NCBI RefSeq assembly: GCF_049554935.1
Contig: NZ_CP186926.1
Coordinates: 544,001 to 608,000 of the forward strand
Direction of reading: 5' to 3'
Origin: Methanocaldococcus indicus
GTDB taxonomy: Archaea; AGJL01; Methanococci; Methanococcales; Methanocaldococcaceae
Length of the DNA stretch: 64,000 nucleotides
Made by a program: the position numbers and the translations under genes. The notes under the pieces were generated by a model. It did not search any database. It was not told where the DNA came from and saw only the letters and a program-made list of their open reading frames with translations. Below, one piece after another: positions 21,295 to 30,479 of the stretch (positions within the stretch are counted from its first letter, which is position 1; the number at the start of each line of letters is the position of its first letter).

Positions 21295-22341
21295 ATGAAG
21301 ATAAAAGTTGGAGTTTTAGGAGCTACTGGTAGTGTTGGGCAGAGATTTGTTCAGTTGTTGGCTGAGCATCCAATATTTGAGTTAGAAGTTTTAGCAGCAT
21401 CTGAGAGAAGTGCTGGAAAGAAGTATAAAGATGCATGTTATTGGACACAAGATACAGATATTCCTGAAAAAATAAAAGATATGGTAGTTGTTCCAACAGA
21501 TGCAAAGCATGAAGCTTTTAAAGATGTAGATATTGTTTTTTCAGCTTTACCATCTGATTTAGCAAAGATTTATGAGAAAGAATTTGCAAAAGAAGGAAAA
21601 ATAGTATTTTCTAATGCATCAGCTCATAGAATGGAGGAAGATGTTCCTTTAGTTGTTCCAGAAGTTAATGCAAATCATATGGAAATAATTGATATACAAA
21701 GAGAAAAAAGAGGATGGGATGGAGCAATAATAACCAATCCTAACTGTTCAACTATTTGCTGTGTAATAACTCTAAAACCAATTATGGACAAGTTTGGATT
21801 GGATTCAGTTATTGTAACAACTTTACAAGCTGTTTCAGGAGCTGGATGGAATGGAGTTCCTTCAATGGCTATCTTAGATAACCTAATTCCATATATAAAA
21901 AATGAAGAAGAAAAGATGCAAACAGAAAGTTTAAAAATCTTAGGAGATTTAGAGGATAACAAATTTAAATTTGCAGATTTCAAATTATCAGCTTCATGTA
22001 ATAGAGTAGCTGTTATAGATGGACATACTGAATGTATATTTGTTAAAACTAAGGAGAAAGTTGAGCCAGATGAGATAAAAGAAGTTATGGATAAATTTGA
22101 CCCACTAAAAGACCTAAATCTCCCAACCTATGCAAAGCCAATAGTAATAAGAGAAGAAGTAGATAGACCACAACCAAGATTAGATAGAAATACTGGAAAA
22201 GGAATGAGTATAGTTGTTGGTAGAATTAGAAAAGATAATATCTTTGATGTTAAATATGTTGCATTGGAGCATAATACAATAAGAGGAGCAGCAGGAGCAA
22301 GTGTGTTAAATGCAGAATACTTCATAAAAAAATACTGGTGA
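21295..22341 (+). CDS. asd: Aspartate-semialdehyde dehydrogenase
   Basis: [28 protein letters not shown] and HNTIRGAAG. Confidence 0.97.
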   Translation: MKIKVGVLGATGSVGQRFVQLLAEHPIFELEVLAASERSAGKKYKDACYWTQDTDIPEKIKDMVVVPTDAKHEAFKDVDIVFSALPSDLAKIYEKEFAKEGKIVFSNASAHRMEEDVPLVVPEVNANHMEIIDIQREKRGWDGAIITNPNCSTICCVITLKPIMDKFGLDSVIVTTLQAVSGAGWNGVPSMAILDNLIPYIKNEEEKMQTESLKILGDLEDNKFKFADFKLSASCNRVAVIDGHTECIFVKTKEKVEPDEIKEVMDKFDPLKDLNLPTYAKPIVIREEVDRPQPRLDRNTGKGMSIVVGRIRKDNIFDVKYVALEHNTIRGAAGASVLNAEYFIKKYW

Positions 22342-22347
22342 TATTAA

Positions 22348-22596
22348 ATGCCATCAGAAAAATTAACTGAATTATTAAATGAATTAGAAACTTTAATGAA
22401 CAAAGAAAAAAAGTATATAGAGTTAATCACTACTGTTGAATATCTTTTAAATTTAATTGAGCCATCTAAAAGAGATAAATTTAGAGAAGCTTTAAATGAT
22501 GCTGAAACAATAGAGGATGTTTATGAATTAATAAAAGCTATAAAATTACAATTAGGAATACAAGGAGCAAAGAAATATATTTTAACAATTGAATAA
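22348..22596 (+). CDS. Small hypothetical protein
   Basis: 82-aa helical ORF with RBS GGTGA, immediately after asd. Confidence 0.7.
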   Translation: MPSEKLTELLNELETLMNKEKKYIELITTVEYLLNLIEPSKRDKFREALNDAETIEDVYELIKAIKLQLGIQGAKKYILTIE

Positions 22597-22634
22597 ATGA
22601 ATACTTTTTTTAATAAATTAAAAATAAAAAAATT

Positions 22635-23690
22635 TTATGTGGTAGAGCTTTCAGAGTCATTATATAACTCATCTCCTATATTAACCTCTTCTTCAAATCC
22701 TTTACTATCTTTTAATGTCTCTATCCTAAACATATATGACTTATACCAAATCTTTTCAGGTTTCTTTTTTACAGGAGATAGTTTCCAAGCTCTTGTTTCT
22801 TCTTCATAACCCCAATTAATGTAATGGTTAAAATCTTTTATTAAATCTGTTATAACTACATTAAACTCATTTAATAATATTTTTTGAATTTCTCTCCATT
22901 TGTCTAATGAACTCTCTCTTCTTGTAATTCCAAAATAACCAGCACATCTCTCTCCTTTTAAGGAAGATATTCCTCTACCAATAAATGTTCTTATAGCATA
23001 GACAGTTTCTGGAGGGTCAGTTATAAAAGTATCAAATTTTTTAGCATAACTTTCTGGAAGAGGTTTTCTTAAATCTAAGGTTATAACTTCTATATTTTTA
23101 TAGTTCAATTTTTCAGCAGTCTCTTTTATAAAGTTCATTAACCTTTCATCAATATCAACAGCTACAATTCTTTTTGGTAAGTTTGTGAGCATTAAGGCAA
23201 TTGATGTTAAGTCATCATCTCCTAAAACTAAAACCTCTTTATTAAATAAATCTCCTCTTGAATGCATTAAAGCAACTCTTGCAATTGTACATTCAGGAGT
23301 AACAAAACCTTGGTCATATTCATGTTTTGGTAGAGGTCTATCTTTTGTTATTTCTTTAAATTTCTCTAAAATATCTGAAAATTGCTTTATACTAACTCCT
23401 CTACCTTCACAACAACCACAAACTAACTCCTCTCTCTTGCTTATTCCATATTTTTTAGTAAGTTCTAAACCTTTCTCTGTTAATTTTATTGTGTTATTTT
23501 CTATTTTAACTAAACCTTCTTCCTCTAAAACTTTTATTATCTCAGCAACCAATGGTAATGGCTCTTCACTCAAAGCTACTATATTCCAAAAGTCTCCATT
23601 TGCTAAAATAGCTGATAAAACATTTTCAATACTTCTCTTATATACTGGAATATCTATCCTTTTTTTTACTTTTTCTAATATATTTTCCAT
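22635..23690 (-). CDS. bpsA: Branched-chain polyamine synthase (N4-bis(aminopropyl)spermidine synthase)
   Basis: N-terminal wHTH, CxxCxGRG, YDQG, LGDDDLTSIA and TDPPET (DUF43 family). Confidence 0.9.
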   Translation of the reverse strand: MENILEKVKKRIDIPVYKRSIENVLSAILANGDFWNIVALSEEPLPLVAEIIKVLEEEGLVKIENNTIKLTEKGLELTKKYGISKREELVCGCCEGRGVSIKQFSDILEKFKEITKDRPLPKHEYDQGFVTPECTIARVALMHSRGDLFNKEVLVLGDDDLTSIALMLTNLPKRIVAVDIDERLMNFIKETAEKLNYKNIEVITLDLRKPLPESYAKKFDTFITDPPETVYAIRTFIGRGISSLKGERCAGYFGITRRESSLDKWREIQKILLNEFNVVITDLIKDFNHYINWGYEEETRAWKLSPVKKKPEKIWYKSYMFRIETLKDSKGFEEEVNIGDELYNDSESSTT

Positions 23691-24157
23691 TATCTCACCA
23701 ATCTATAAACTGCTTTTTGTCCTAAACCTTCATAAATAGATGTTTCAATCCACTTAATATTATCTAAATTTAGCTCTTTGTTTATTTTATTTGCAATATA
23801 GATAGCTAAATCTTCTGCTGATGTTGATGGTATAGGAAGAAGTATAACATCTTCAACAGGAATTAAATACTCTTTCTCTTTATATTTAAAATATATGCTC
23901 TTATCTCTCAGTTCATAAATCAGGTGTTTATGATACTTAGGAAGTAGAAGTTTGTGGTCTAACTCCTTACAGATATTTTTAGCTATTTTTTTAACAATTT
24001 TAAAGTCACATAAAAACTCATCTTTTTTTTCTCCAAATAGTTTAACATCTAAATAGTATGTGTGCCCATGAATTCCTCCACAGGTTTTATGTCCAAATAC
24101 AATATGTGAAGAAGAAAATTTTAAATTTGAATATAGCCCATTAATTTCTATAATCAT
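23690..24157 (-). CDS. queD: 6-carboxytetrahydropterin synthase / PTPS-family protein
   Basis: FSSSH, CGGIHGHTY, LDHKLLLP, TSAEDLA and EGLGQ. Confidence 0.8.
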   Translation of the reverse strand: MIIEINGLYSNLKFSSSHIVFGHKTCGGIHGHTYYLDVKLFGEKKDEFLCDFKIVKKIAKNICKELDHKLLLPKYHKHLIYELRDKSIYFKYKEKEYLIPVEDVILLPIPSTSAEDLAIYIANKINKELNLDNIKWIETSIYEGLGQKAVYRLVR

Positions 24158-24648
24158 TATGTTTTCACCTTTTTTTCTTTGAAATAGTAAATTAGCCCAC
24201 CAGCATTAAGAATCTCTCTTTCAATGCCCTTAGGAGCTGAGCATTTAATGGTTTTATTTTTATTTAAAATCTTTATTTCCTCTTTATCTAAATCTATCTC
24301 AATAATATCTCCTTCCCCTATCTCATCAGTATTTGCCAATATTGGAATTAATCCGTTATTTATTGCGTTTCTATAAAAGATTCTTGCAAAACTTTTAGCT
24401 ACAACCGCTTGAATTCCTAAGTATTTTATAGACAGAACAGCTTGCTCTCTTGAAGAACCACATCCAAAATTTTCTCCTGCAACTATTATATCTCCTTCTT
24501 TAACTTTCTTTGAAAAATCTTTGTCTATTCCATACATACAATACTTAGCCAACTCATAAGGATTTGTTGTCCTCAAATAAGCTCCTGGAATTATTATATC
24601 TGTATCTATGTCATCCCCAAATTTCCAAACTCTTCCTTTTATTTTCAC
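24157..24648 (-). CDS. hacB: Homoaconitase small subunit (LeuD family)
   Basis: FGDDIDTDIIIPG, YLRT loop typical of homoaconitase, NFGCGSSRE and SFARIFYRN. Confidence 0.8.
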   Translation of the reverse strand: MKIKGRVWKFGDDIDTDIIIPGAYLRTTNPYELAKYCMYGIDKDFSKKVKEGDIIVAGENFGCGSSREQAVLSIKYLGIQAVVAKSFARIFYRNAINNGLIPILANTDEIGEGDIIEIDLDKEEIKILNKNKTIKCSAPKGIEREILNAGGLIYYFKEKKVKT

Positions 24649-24652
24649 AATT

Positions 24653-25315
24653 TCACCTAAATCTTTCAATAATTTCTTTTAATCTTAGAGTTCCATTATG
24701 GATAGCTGTTCCTATTAAAACTCCATCTATTCCTAAATTGTAGCATTTTTCTAAATCTTCTAAATCTTTAATACCTCCTCCAACATAAATAGGATTGTTG
24801 GTTTTGTCTAAAACCTCTTTTATAAGAGGAAGGTTTAACCCTCTCTTAGTTCCAACTGCTGAAATATCTAAAATAATTAAAGGAACATTTTTATTTACAA
24901 TACTTAATATAAAATCTAAATCATAGTTTAATAATTTACCATTTTTAAAATCTAAGCTCACTATAATATCTTTCTCTTTAAGAAGAGTTAAATCTCTTAA
25001 AGTTTCTAATCCCAATATTGGAGTAAATAAATCTTTGACTTTTTCATAATCTTCTCTCTTTCTTATACCACAATCGACAATCTTATTTATATCTAAATTA
25101 ACAATAATATCAAGATTATTCCCTTTTCTTTCTATAGCATCTAAGTCTGCTATATACACAGTATTGGCTAATTCTTCTTTATATTTATCTACAATCTCTA
25201 TAGGATTTGAAGAATTAACAAGAACTGACTTTAATGGTTTATAGTTCTCTCTATCCCCAGATTTCCCTGAAACAGCAATTCCATTTTTTATATCTAAGAC
25301 AGGAATTATTTCCAT
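24653..25315 (-). CDS. HisA/HisF-related TIM-barrel protein
   Basis: IIPVLD, YIADLDAI, SLDF, LDISAVGT, YVGGGI and GTAIH. Confidence 0.8.
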   Translation of the reverse strand: MEIIPVLDIKNGIAVSGKSGDRENYKPLKSVLVNSSNPIEIVDKYKEELANTVYIADLDAIERKGNNLDIIVNLDINKIVDCGIRKREDYEKVKDLFTPILGLETLRDLTLLKEKDIIVSLDFKNGKLLNYDLDFILSIVNKNVPLIILDISAVGTKRGLNLPLIKEVLDKTNNPIYVGGGIKDLEDLEKCYNLGIDGVLIGTAIHNGTLRLKEIIERFR

Positions 25316-25342
25316 AAAATCCCTCTAATTTGTTGTGATACA

Positions 25343-26245
25343 ATGAAATGCTCCTGTGGAAATGAAGCTATATATTATCAAAAATATTCAAACAAATATT
25401 TATGTAAAGAGTGCTTTATTAAAGATGTTGAAAGAAGAGTAAAAAAAACATTAGGAAAAGATATCTTAAGAAGAAATGTAAAGATAGCTATTGGTATTAG
25501 TGGTGGAAAAGATAGCTTAGTAATGGCACATATATTAAAAAAATTATTTAAAAATATTCCTAATGTTGAACTAACAGCTGTATTTATTGATGAGGGTATA
25601 AAAAATTTTAGAGATAAAGCAAAAGAGATAATTGTTGATTTTTGTAAAAAAAATAGTTTAGATTTAAAAATTGTCAAGTTTAAAGATGAGATTAAATTCT
25701 CATTAGATGAAATTGTTAAAAACAACTATTTAGAAAAATTAAATATTGGGAAACCATGCTCATTCTGTGGAGTTGTTAGAAGATACCTATTAAATAAACA
25801 TGCAAAAGGTTATGACTTTTTAGCTATTGGACATAATTTAGATGATTTTGCTCAAACTATTTTAATGAACTATATTGAAGGAAATATAAAAAATCTTATT
25901 CAATTTGGAAAATCCACAGAAGGATTTGTTAAAAGAATTAAACCACTAAAATTAATCCCTGAGGAAGAAGTTAAGTTATATGCAAACTTGTTAAATATAA
26001 GATATCAAAGTACTCCATGTCCTTATTCATCATTATCATATAGACATAGAATTAAAGACATACTAAATAACTTAGAAAGTTTTAAACCAGGTGTTAGATA
26101 CAGTATATTAAGAGGATATGAAAAATTAATAAGCTTAGTTGATTACAAAGAAAAAGTAAATAGATGTAAAATTTGTGGTTATCCTTGTAGCGGAGAAGTA
26201 TGTAAGGTTTGTGAATGGTTAAAAAAATTGAATGTGATAGAATGA
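25343..26245 (+). CDS. TtuA/Ncs6-family tRNA 2-thiolation protein (PP-loop)
   Basis: N-terminal Zn finger, SGGKDS, PCSFCGVVRR, GHNLDD, CPY and C-terminal CKICG...CKVC. Confidence 0.88.
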   Translation: MKCSCGNEAIYYQKYSNKYLCKECFIKDVERRVKKTLGKDILRRNVKIAIGISGGKDSLVMAHILKKLFKNIPNVELTAVFIDEGIKNFRDKAKEIIVDFCKKNSLDLKIVKFKDEIKFSLDEIVKNNYLEKLNIGKPCSFCGVVRRYLLNKHAKGYDFLAIGHNLDDFAQTILMNYIEGNIKNLIQFGKSTEGFVKRIKPLKLIPEEEVKLYANLLNIRYQSTPCPYSSLSYRHRIKDILNNLESFKPGVRYSILRGYEKLISLVDYKEKVNRCKICGYPCSGEVCKVCEWLKKLNVIE

Positions 26246-26610
26246 TTGAATTAGCTAAAAATCATTTTAAAAAAGTTATATTGTTAAATATAAATAGAAA
26301 ATGTCAATACTACCCATGTCATTTTGATGGACAAACTTGCTTATGGTGCTTTTGCCCATTTTATCCATGTGAAGATGAAGATTTAGGGGAGTATATTGAA
26401 AGAAAAGATGGAACTAAAATATGGAGTTGTATGAATTGTTTATGGATACATAGAGTAGATGTATCAACAGAAATCCTAAAAGAAATTTTATACCTAATTA
26501 AAGATAAAGATTTAGATACTGCAATAAATATTTTTGAAGATAGAGAGCTGTTGTTAAAAATAAAAGAAAAAGTTAAAGAGAAGTATCCTAACAATGTGGT
26601 GGAAGGTTGA
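26242..26610 (+). CDS. Cysteine-rich small domain protein
   Basis: CQYYPCH...CLWCFCPFYPC...WSCMNCLWIH. Confidence 0.8.
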   Translation: MIELAKNHFKKVILLNINRKCQYYPCHFDGQTCLWCFCPFYPCEDEDLGEYIERKDGTKIWSCMNCLWIHRVDVSTEILKEILYLIKDKDLDTAINIFEDRELLLKIKEKVKEKYPNNVVEG

Positions 26611-27602
26611 ATTTATTAGATGTTGCATATATAATAAATCTTATTATATTAATTTTAGCTTCAATTGAAGATATTAAATATAAAATAATCCCTCATAAGT
26701 ATGTCATTTTAATGTTTTTAATAAATCTTTCAATTGGATATTTTTATTTTGGAGTTGATGCTATTATTGCTCTATTTTCAACATTTATTTTATGTTTAAT
26801 TTTAAGTATTGGTATGGGAGGAGGGGATGTAAAGGTTTTTACTGCTTTATCTCCTATATTTGCTTATGATTTTATCTATTATATCCCAAAACCTATTTTA
26901 ATCATAATCTCTCTAAGTATGATTTTGGTAGCCATCTTTCCTCTCTATAAAATCTTTATAAAAAATTATAAGGATATTTTACTCTCATCTGGATATTTAG
27001 CAACAGTTATGGGAGTATTAACATATTTAGTTAATTCTTACAATATAAAGTTTGGAAGTTTAATAATTTGGGGTTATATAATTCTTTCAATATTTATCTC
27101 AAGAAAATACAAAAAATATAAGGAAATTATGAAAAAATTAGGGTTTATTTTTCCTATTTATTTAATAATTATTTTTTTATTAAATCATGAGTATGCCAAA
27201 CTTTCAATAATCTATTTTTTAGAATTAATAATGATATCAGTTGTTATATATGCACTAACTGGTGAAGAAATATCTGAAAAGAAAAAGATTGATGAGTTGG
27301 AGGAAGGGGATATTTTAAAAGATGTTATTATATATAATGATGACAAAGTTGAAATAAAAAATCTTAATATATTTGGTAGAATAAAGTTTTTAATTGATAA
27401 TGAACTAAAAAAGATAAATAAAGAGGATATTAATTATATTTTATGTGATGGAGAAGGTTTAAGTAAAGAAAATATTAAGAAAATCAAAGATTTATATAAA
27501 AAAGGGAAAATTCCTGAAACTCTTAATGTAATTAAAGTTTATCCTTTCTTACCATTTGTCACTGTAAGTTATGCTTTATATTTATTGTATGTGAAACTAT
27601 GA
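26607..27602 (+). CDS. eppA: EppA-type class III (type IV prepilin) signal peptidase
   Basis: ASIED and GMGGGD aspartate motifs, extra TM helices, C-terminal PFLPF. Adjacent to Q+1/E+5 pilins. Confidence 0.88.
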   Translation: MNLLDVAYIINLIILILASIEDIKYKIIPHKYVILMFLINLSIGYFYFGVDAIIALFSTFILCLILSIGMGGGDVKVFTALSPIFAYDFIYYIPKPILIIISLSMILVAIFPLYKIFIKNYKDILLSSGYLATVMGVLTYLVNSYNIKFGSLIIWGYIILSIFISRKYKKYKEIMKKLGFIFPIYLIIIFLLNHEYAKLSIIYFLELIMISVVIYALTGEEISEKKKIDELEEGDILKDVIIYNDDKVEIKNLNIFGRIKFLIDNELKKINKEDINYILCDGEGLSKENIKKIKDLYKKGKIPETLNVIKVYPFLPFVTVSYALYLLYVKL

Positions 27603-27952
27603 GAGGACAGCTATCCTTAGAGTTTGCTATTATATTTTTAGGAATTTTAGTTTTATCTATTGTAACAATATACAACTTTTTAAATATCACTTTATTTCCA
27701 AATGATTCTTTATCTACAATAGATATTGAAAAAATTTCATCAACTGCAAGAACAGCCATAAACTTGGTAAATTCTGGATATAGAGGTTTTAATGAAACTG
27801 TTTATTATGTTGGAATAACTTATGAAGGATACAATGTTACTGTTTATATAACTCCAAATGTTTCAGAAGATGTTAAAAATTTTATTGTATCATATATTAA
27901 GAATAACTCTAATATTAATAAAAATTATTCATTGATTATAGCTGCATATTGA
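27599..27952 (+). CDS. Type IV pilin-like protein (class III signal peptide, EpdA-like)
   Basis: MRG/QLSLEF followed by a hydrophobic helix; several N-x-S/T sequons. Confidence 0.85.
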   Translation: MRGQLSLEFAIIFLGILVLSIVTIYNFLNITLFPNDSLSTIDIEKISSTARTAINLVNSGYRGFNETVYYVGITYEGYNVTVYITPNVSEDVKNFIVSYIKNNSNINKNYSLIIAAY

Positions 27953-27962
27953 GGAGGTATTT

Positions 27963-29129
27963 ATGGTTGATATTTCAAAGATTAAATCTCTAAAAGAAAA
28001 AAGTAAAGGAAGAAGACCAAAAAGTAATATTAAACTGTTAATATTTGTTCTTGTTGTTATTATTGTTGCTGGTGTTTTGGCCATAATTGTTCCTGACATA
28101 ATTAAAACTATCCAGTTGGAGAAAGAAACTAAATTAAAGTTAGAAATTGAAACTTTAAATAAAGCTAAAGAATCTGCTAAACAAACTATAAATAATCTTT
28201 TTAAAAATTTCCCAAATGACCCAATGAAAAATGTATTTTTAAGTAAAATAGACAGTGCTAAATCTGTTGATGAAATTAATAAAATTATTGATGAAGCTAA
28301 AAAATATGTTGAGCTTAAACAACTAAAAGAAAAGTTAATTAATAATATAAAAAATATTTATGGTAAGTATTACCAAATTAGTCCATTAGCTCAAGAAGTA
28401 ATAATAAAAATACAAAATGCTCAAACATCTGAAGAAGCAAGTAAGATATTTGAAAGATATATAAATGAGATGTATAATGATGCAAAAACATATTATATAA
28501 ATGATTTAAAAAATCAAGTTTCTGGAGCTAAGTATGTAAGAGTTGATATTAATGGTATTAAAGAGTTATATACCTATAATGAATTTATTAGTGTGCTAAA
28601 TACTTATGGTTTAGAGACATTAAAGTCAATAAAAGTATATAAAGTAACATTGGTTGAAATTCCTTTATTAATTAAAGCAGACAAATGTGGTTTATTGCCA
28701 AAAGATGGAGAAAAAATAATTATTGTAGATAAAAACAATAAAAACACTACAATTTATGGATTTGTTAAAGAAGCTTTTGTAGTAACTCCTAAATCAATAT
28801 CATACAGTGAATCAAAATCAGTATCTTCAGAGGTTAATTATGATGGAACTACATTAAACTCACAAAGTAAAAATGAGCAAATATCTTATTCATTGAATAA
28901 TTTAGATAATATCTTACAAGCAGCAATAATTGGGAAAGTTAATTACAATTTAGTAATATCAAAATTAAGAGATTATGGATATAGATTAAATAGGATTTCA
29001 GAAAGCACACAACTATTTAACAAAGATACTGAGTATTTATTGATAGTTTCAGTACCTAATGATGAAATAAACAATATTCTAAAAATACCATCAGATAATT
29101 TATACATAATAAAACCTGAAAGTGAGTAG
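27963..29129 (+). CDS. DUF515-like Epd pilus accessory membrane protein
   Basis: Basic N-terminus, single TM, helical repeats (FPNDP), ISYSESKS motif; lies within the pilus operon. Confidence 0.7.
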   Translation: MVDISKIKSLKEKSKGRRPKSNIKLLIFVLVVIIVAGVLAIIVPDIIKTIQLEKETKLKLEIETLNKAKESAKQTINNLFKNFPNDPMKNVFLSKIDSAKSVDEINKIIDEAKKYVELKQLKEKLINNIKNIYGKYYQISPLAQEVIIKIQNAQTSEEASKIFERYINEMYNDAKTYYINDLKNQVSGAKYVRVDINGIKELYTYNEFISVLNTYGLETLKSIKVYKVTLVEIPLLIKADKCGLLPKDGEKIIIVDKNNKNTTIYGFVKEAFVVTPKSISYSESKSVSSEVNYDGTTLNSQSKNEQISYSLNNLDNILQAAIIGKVNYNLVISKLRDYGYRLNRISESTQLFNKDTEYLLIVSVPNDEINNILKIPSDNLYIIKPESE

Positions 29130-29131
29130 CT

Positions 29132-30049
29132 ATGAAAAAATTAATGATATTACTTATCTTTTTTTCTTTAACTTTTGTTAATTCAGAAGATTTTGGTTAT
29201 TTGGATATTGATTATACAATATCAGGAGATATAACTAATTTAAATCCCTATCCTGTCTTTATAGCTATACCAATTATAGAGAACAATGAAAGTATGGACT
29301 ATAGTTATGTGAAATCTTTGCCAATTCCAAATGTTGATGTTGTTGAAATTAATGTTGAGTATCCAAATACAACAATAATATATATATACAAACCAGATAA
29401 AATAGTTAAATTTAATGGAAAATATGGTTTTTGGCTGCCACCATATACAACAGCTAAGCTAATATTCAGAACAAACTATACTTTAAATCTAAATTTTAAC
29501 TATAACAATGAAAATACTTTTAGAGTATTAGGTCCAGCAGTTTTGGACAAATATGAAGTCATTGATTTGAACAAATTATTTTCAAATAAAAATATTGACA
29601 ATATAAAGTTAGATAACTTTAAATTAACAGTTTTTTGTACTTTGAGATTTAATGAAAATACTGTTTCTTATAAGTTGTTTAATGTTTATGACAATAATTC
29701 AATTAATATAGAAGGTGTTAGCTTAATTATTCCAGCTCCAATAATTTTAAATGACTACTCTGAGATATATACATCCACTCCATCAAACACACCAGATATA
29801 TGGATAAATTATTATGATTGGTATAATAGATTTATAGAATCAAAATATAACAATATATATAATATATATAATGAAAATAATGATGATTGGTTAGACAGTG
29901 GAAGCTTATTGTTAGATGATGAAGCTAATGAAGATATAAATTTATACTACCCAGCAGTTGCCTTTACTACTACAACACTAAAACCAATTGATTTTTACTA
30001 TACTGTCTATTGGAAAGCACCAAAACCTAAATTTCCAAATATTATTTAA
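29132..30049 (+). CDS. Secreted pilus-operon protein
   Basis: Signal peptide MKKLMILLIFFSLTFVNS, GFWLPPY motif; lies between the DUF515-like gene and a pilin. Confidence 0.7.
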   Translation: MKKLMILLIFFSLTFVNSEDFGYLDIDYTISGDITNLNPYPVFIAIPIIENNESMDYSYVKSLPIPNVDVVEINVEYPNTTIIYIYKPDKIVKFNGKYGFWLPPYTTAKLIFRTNYTLNLNFNYNNENTFRVLGPAVLDKYEVIDLNKLFSNKNIDNIKLDNFKLTVFCTLRFNENTVSYKLFNVYDNNSINIEGVSLIIPAPIILNDYSEIYTSTPSNTPDIWINYYDWYNRFIESKYNNIYNIYNENNDDWLDSGSLLLDDEANEDINLYYPAVAFTTTTLKPIDFYYTVYWKAPKPKFPNII

Positions 30050-30058
30050 GTGATAATT

Positions 30059-30475
30059 ATGAGAGCACAACTTTCCTTAGAACTTTCTATACTTATATTA
30101 GCTTTTTTAGTAATTATATTACTAACTTCTGGATATATAGGGATTTATGGATTAAATAAGGTTTCTAAGATATCAGTTATGGGTATGTCCAATGCAGCAC
30201 TATCTAAGATAAAGAATGGAGTTGAGTTAGTTTCATCAGCAGATGTTAATACAACTATATCAATAAAAGTAAGATGTCCTCCTGGATATATTGAAAGTAA
30301 AGGAAAAGAGCTATTATATTTTAGAAATGATACTTTAAAATATACTATCTCAACAAATTGCTCTGTTAATGTTGAACTATCAGAAAATCCTTATGTTGTT
30401 AATGAACCAAGAATATTAAACTTTGTTATCACAAAAATAAATGATACAACTGTAAAAATAGATATAACAAGTTAG
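30059..30475 (+). CDS. Type IV pilin-like protein (class III signal peptide, EpdB-like)
   Basis: MRA/QLSLEL followed by a hydrophobic helix. Confidence 0.85.
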   Translation: MRAQLSLELSILILAFLVIILLTSGYIGIYGLNKVSKISVMGMSNAALSKIKNGVELVSSADVNTTISIKVRCPPGYIESKGKELLYFRNDTLKYTISTNCSVNVELSENPYVVNEPRILNFVITKINDTTVKIDITS

Positions 30476-30479
30476 GTAA

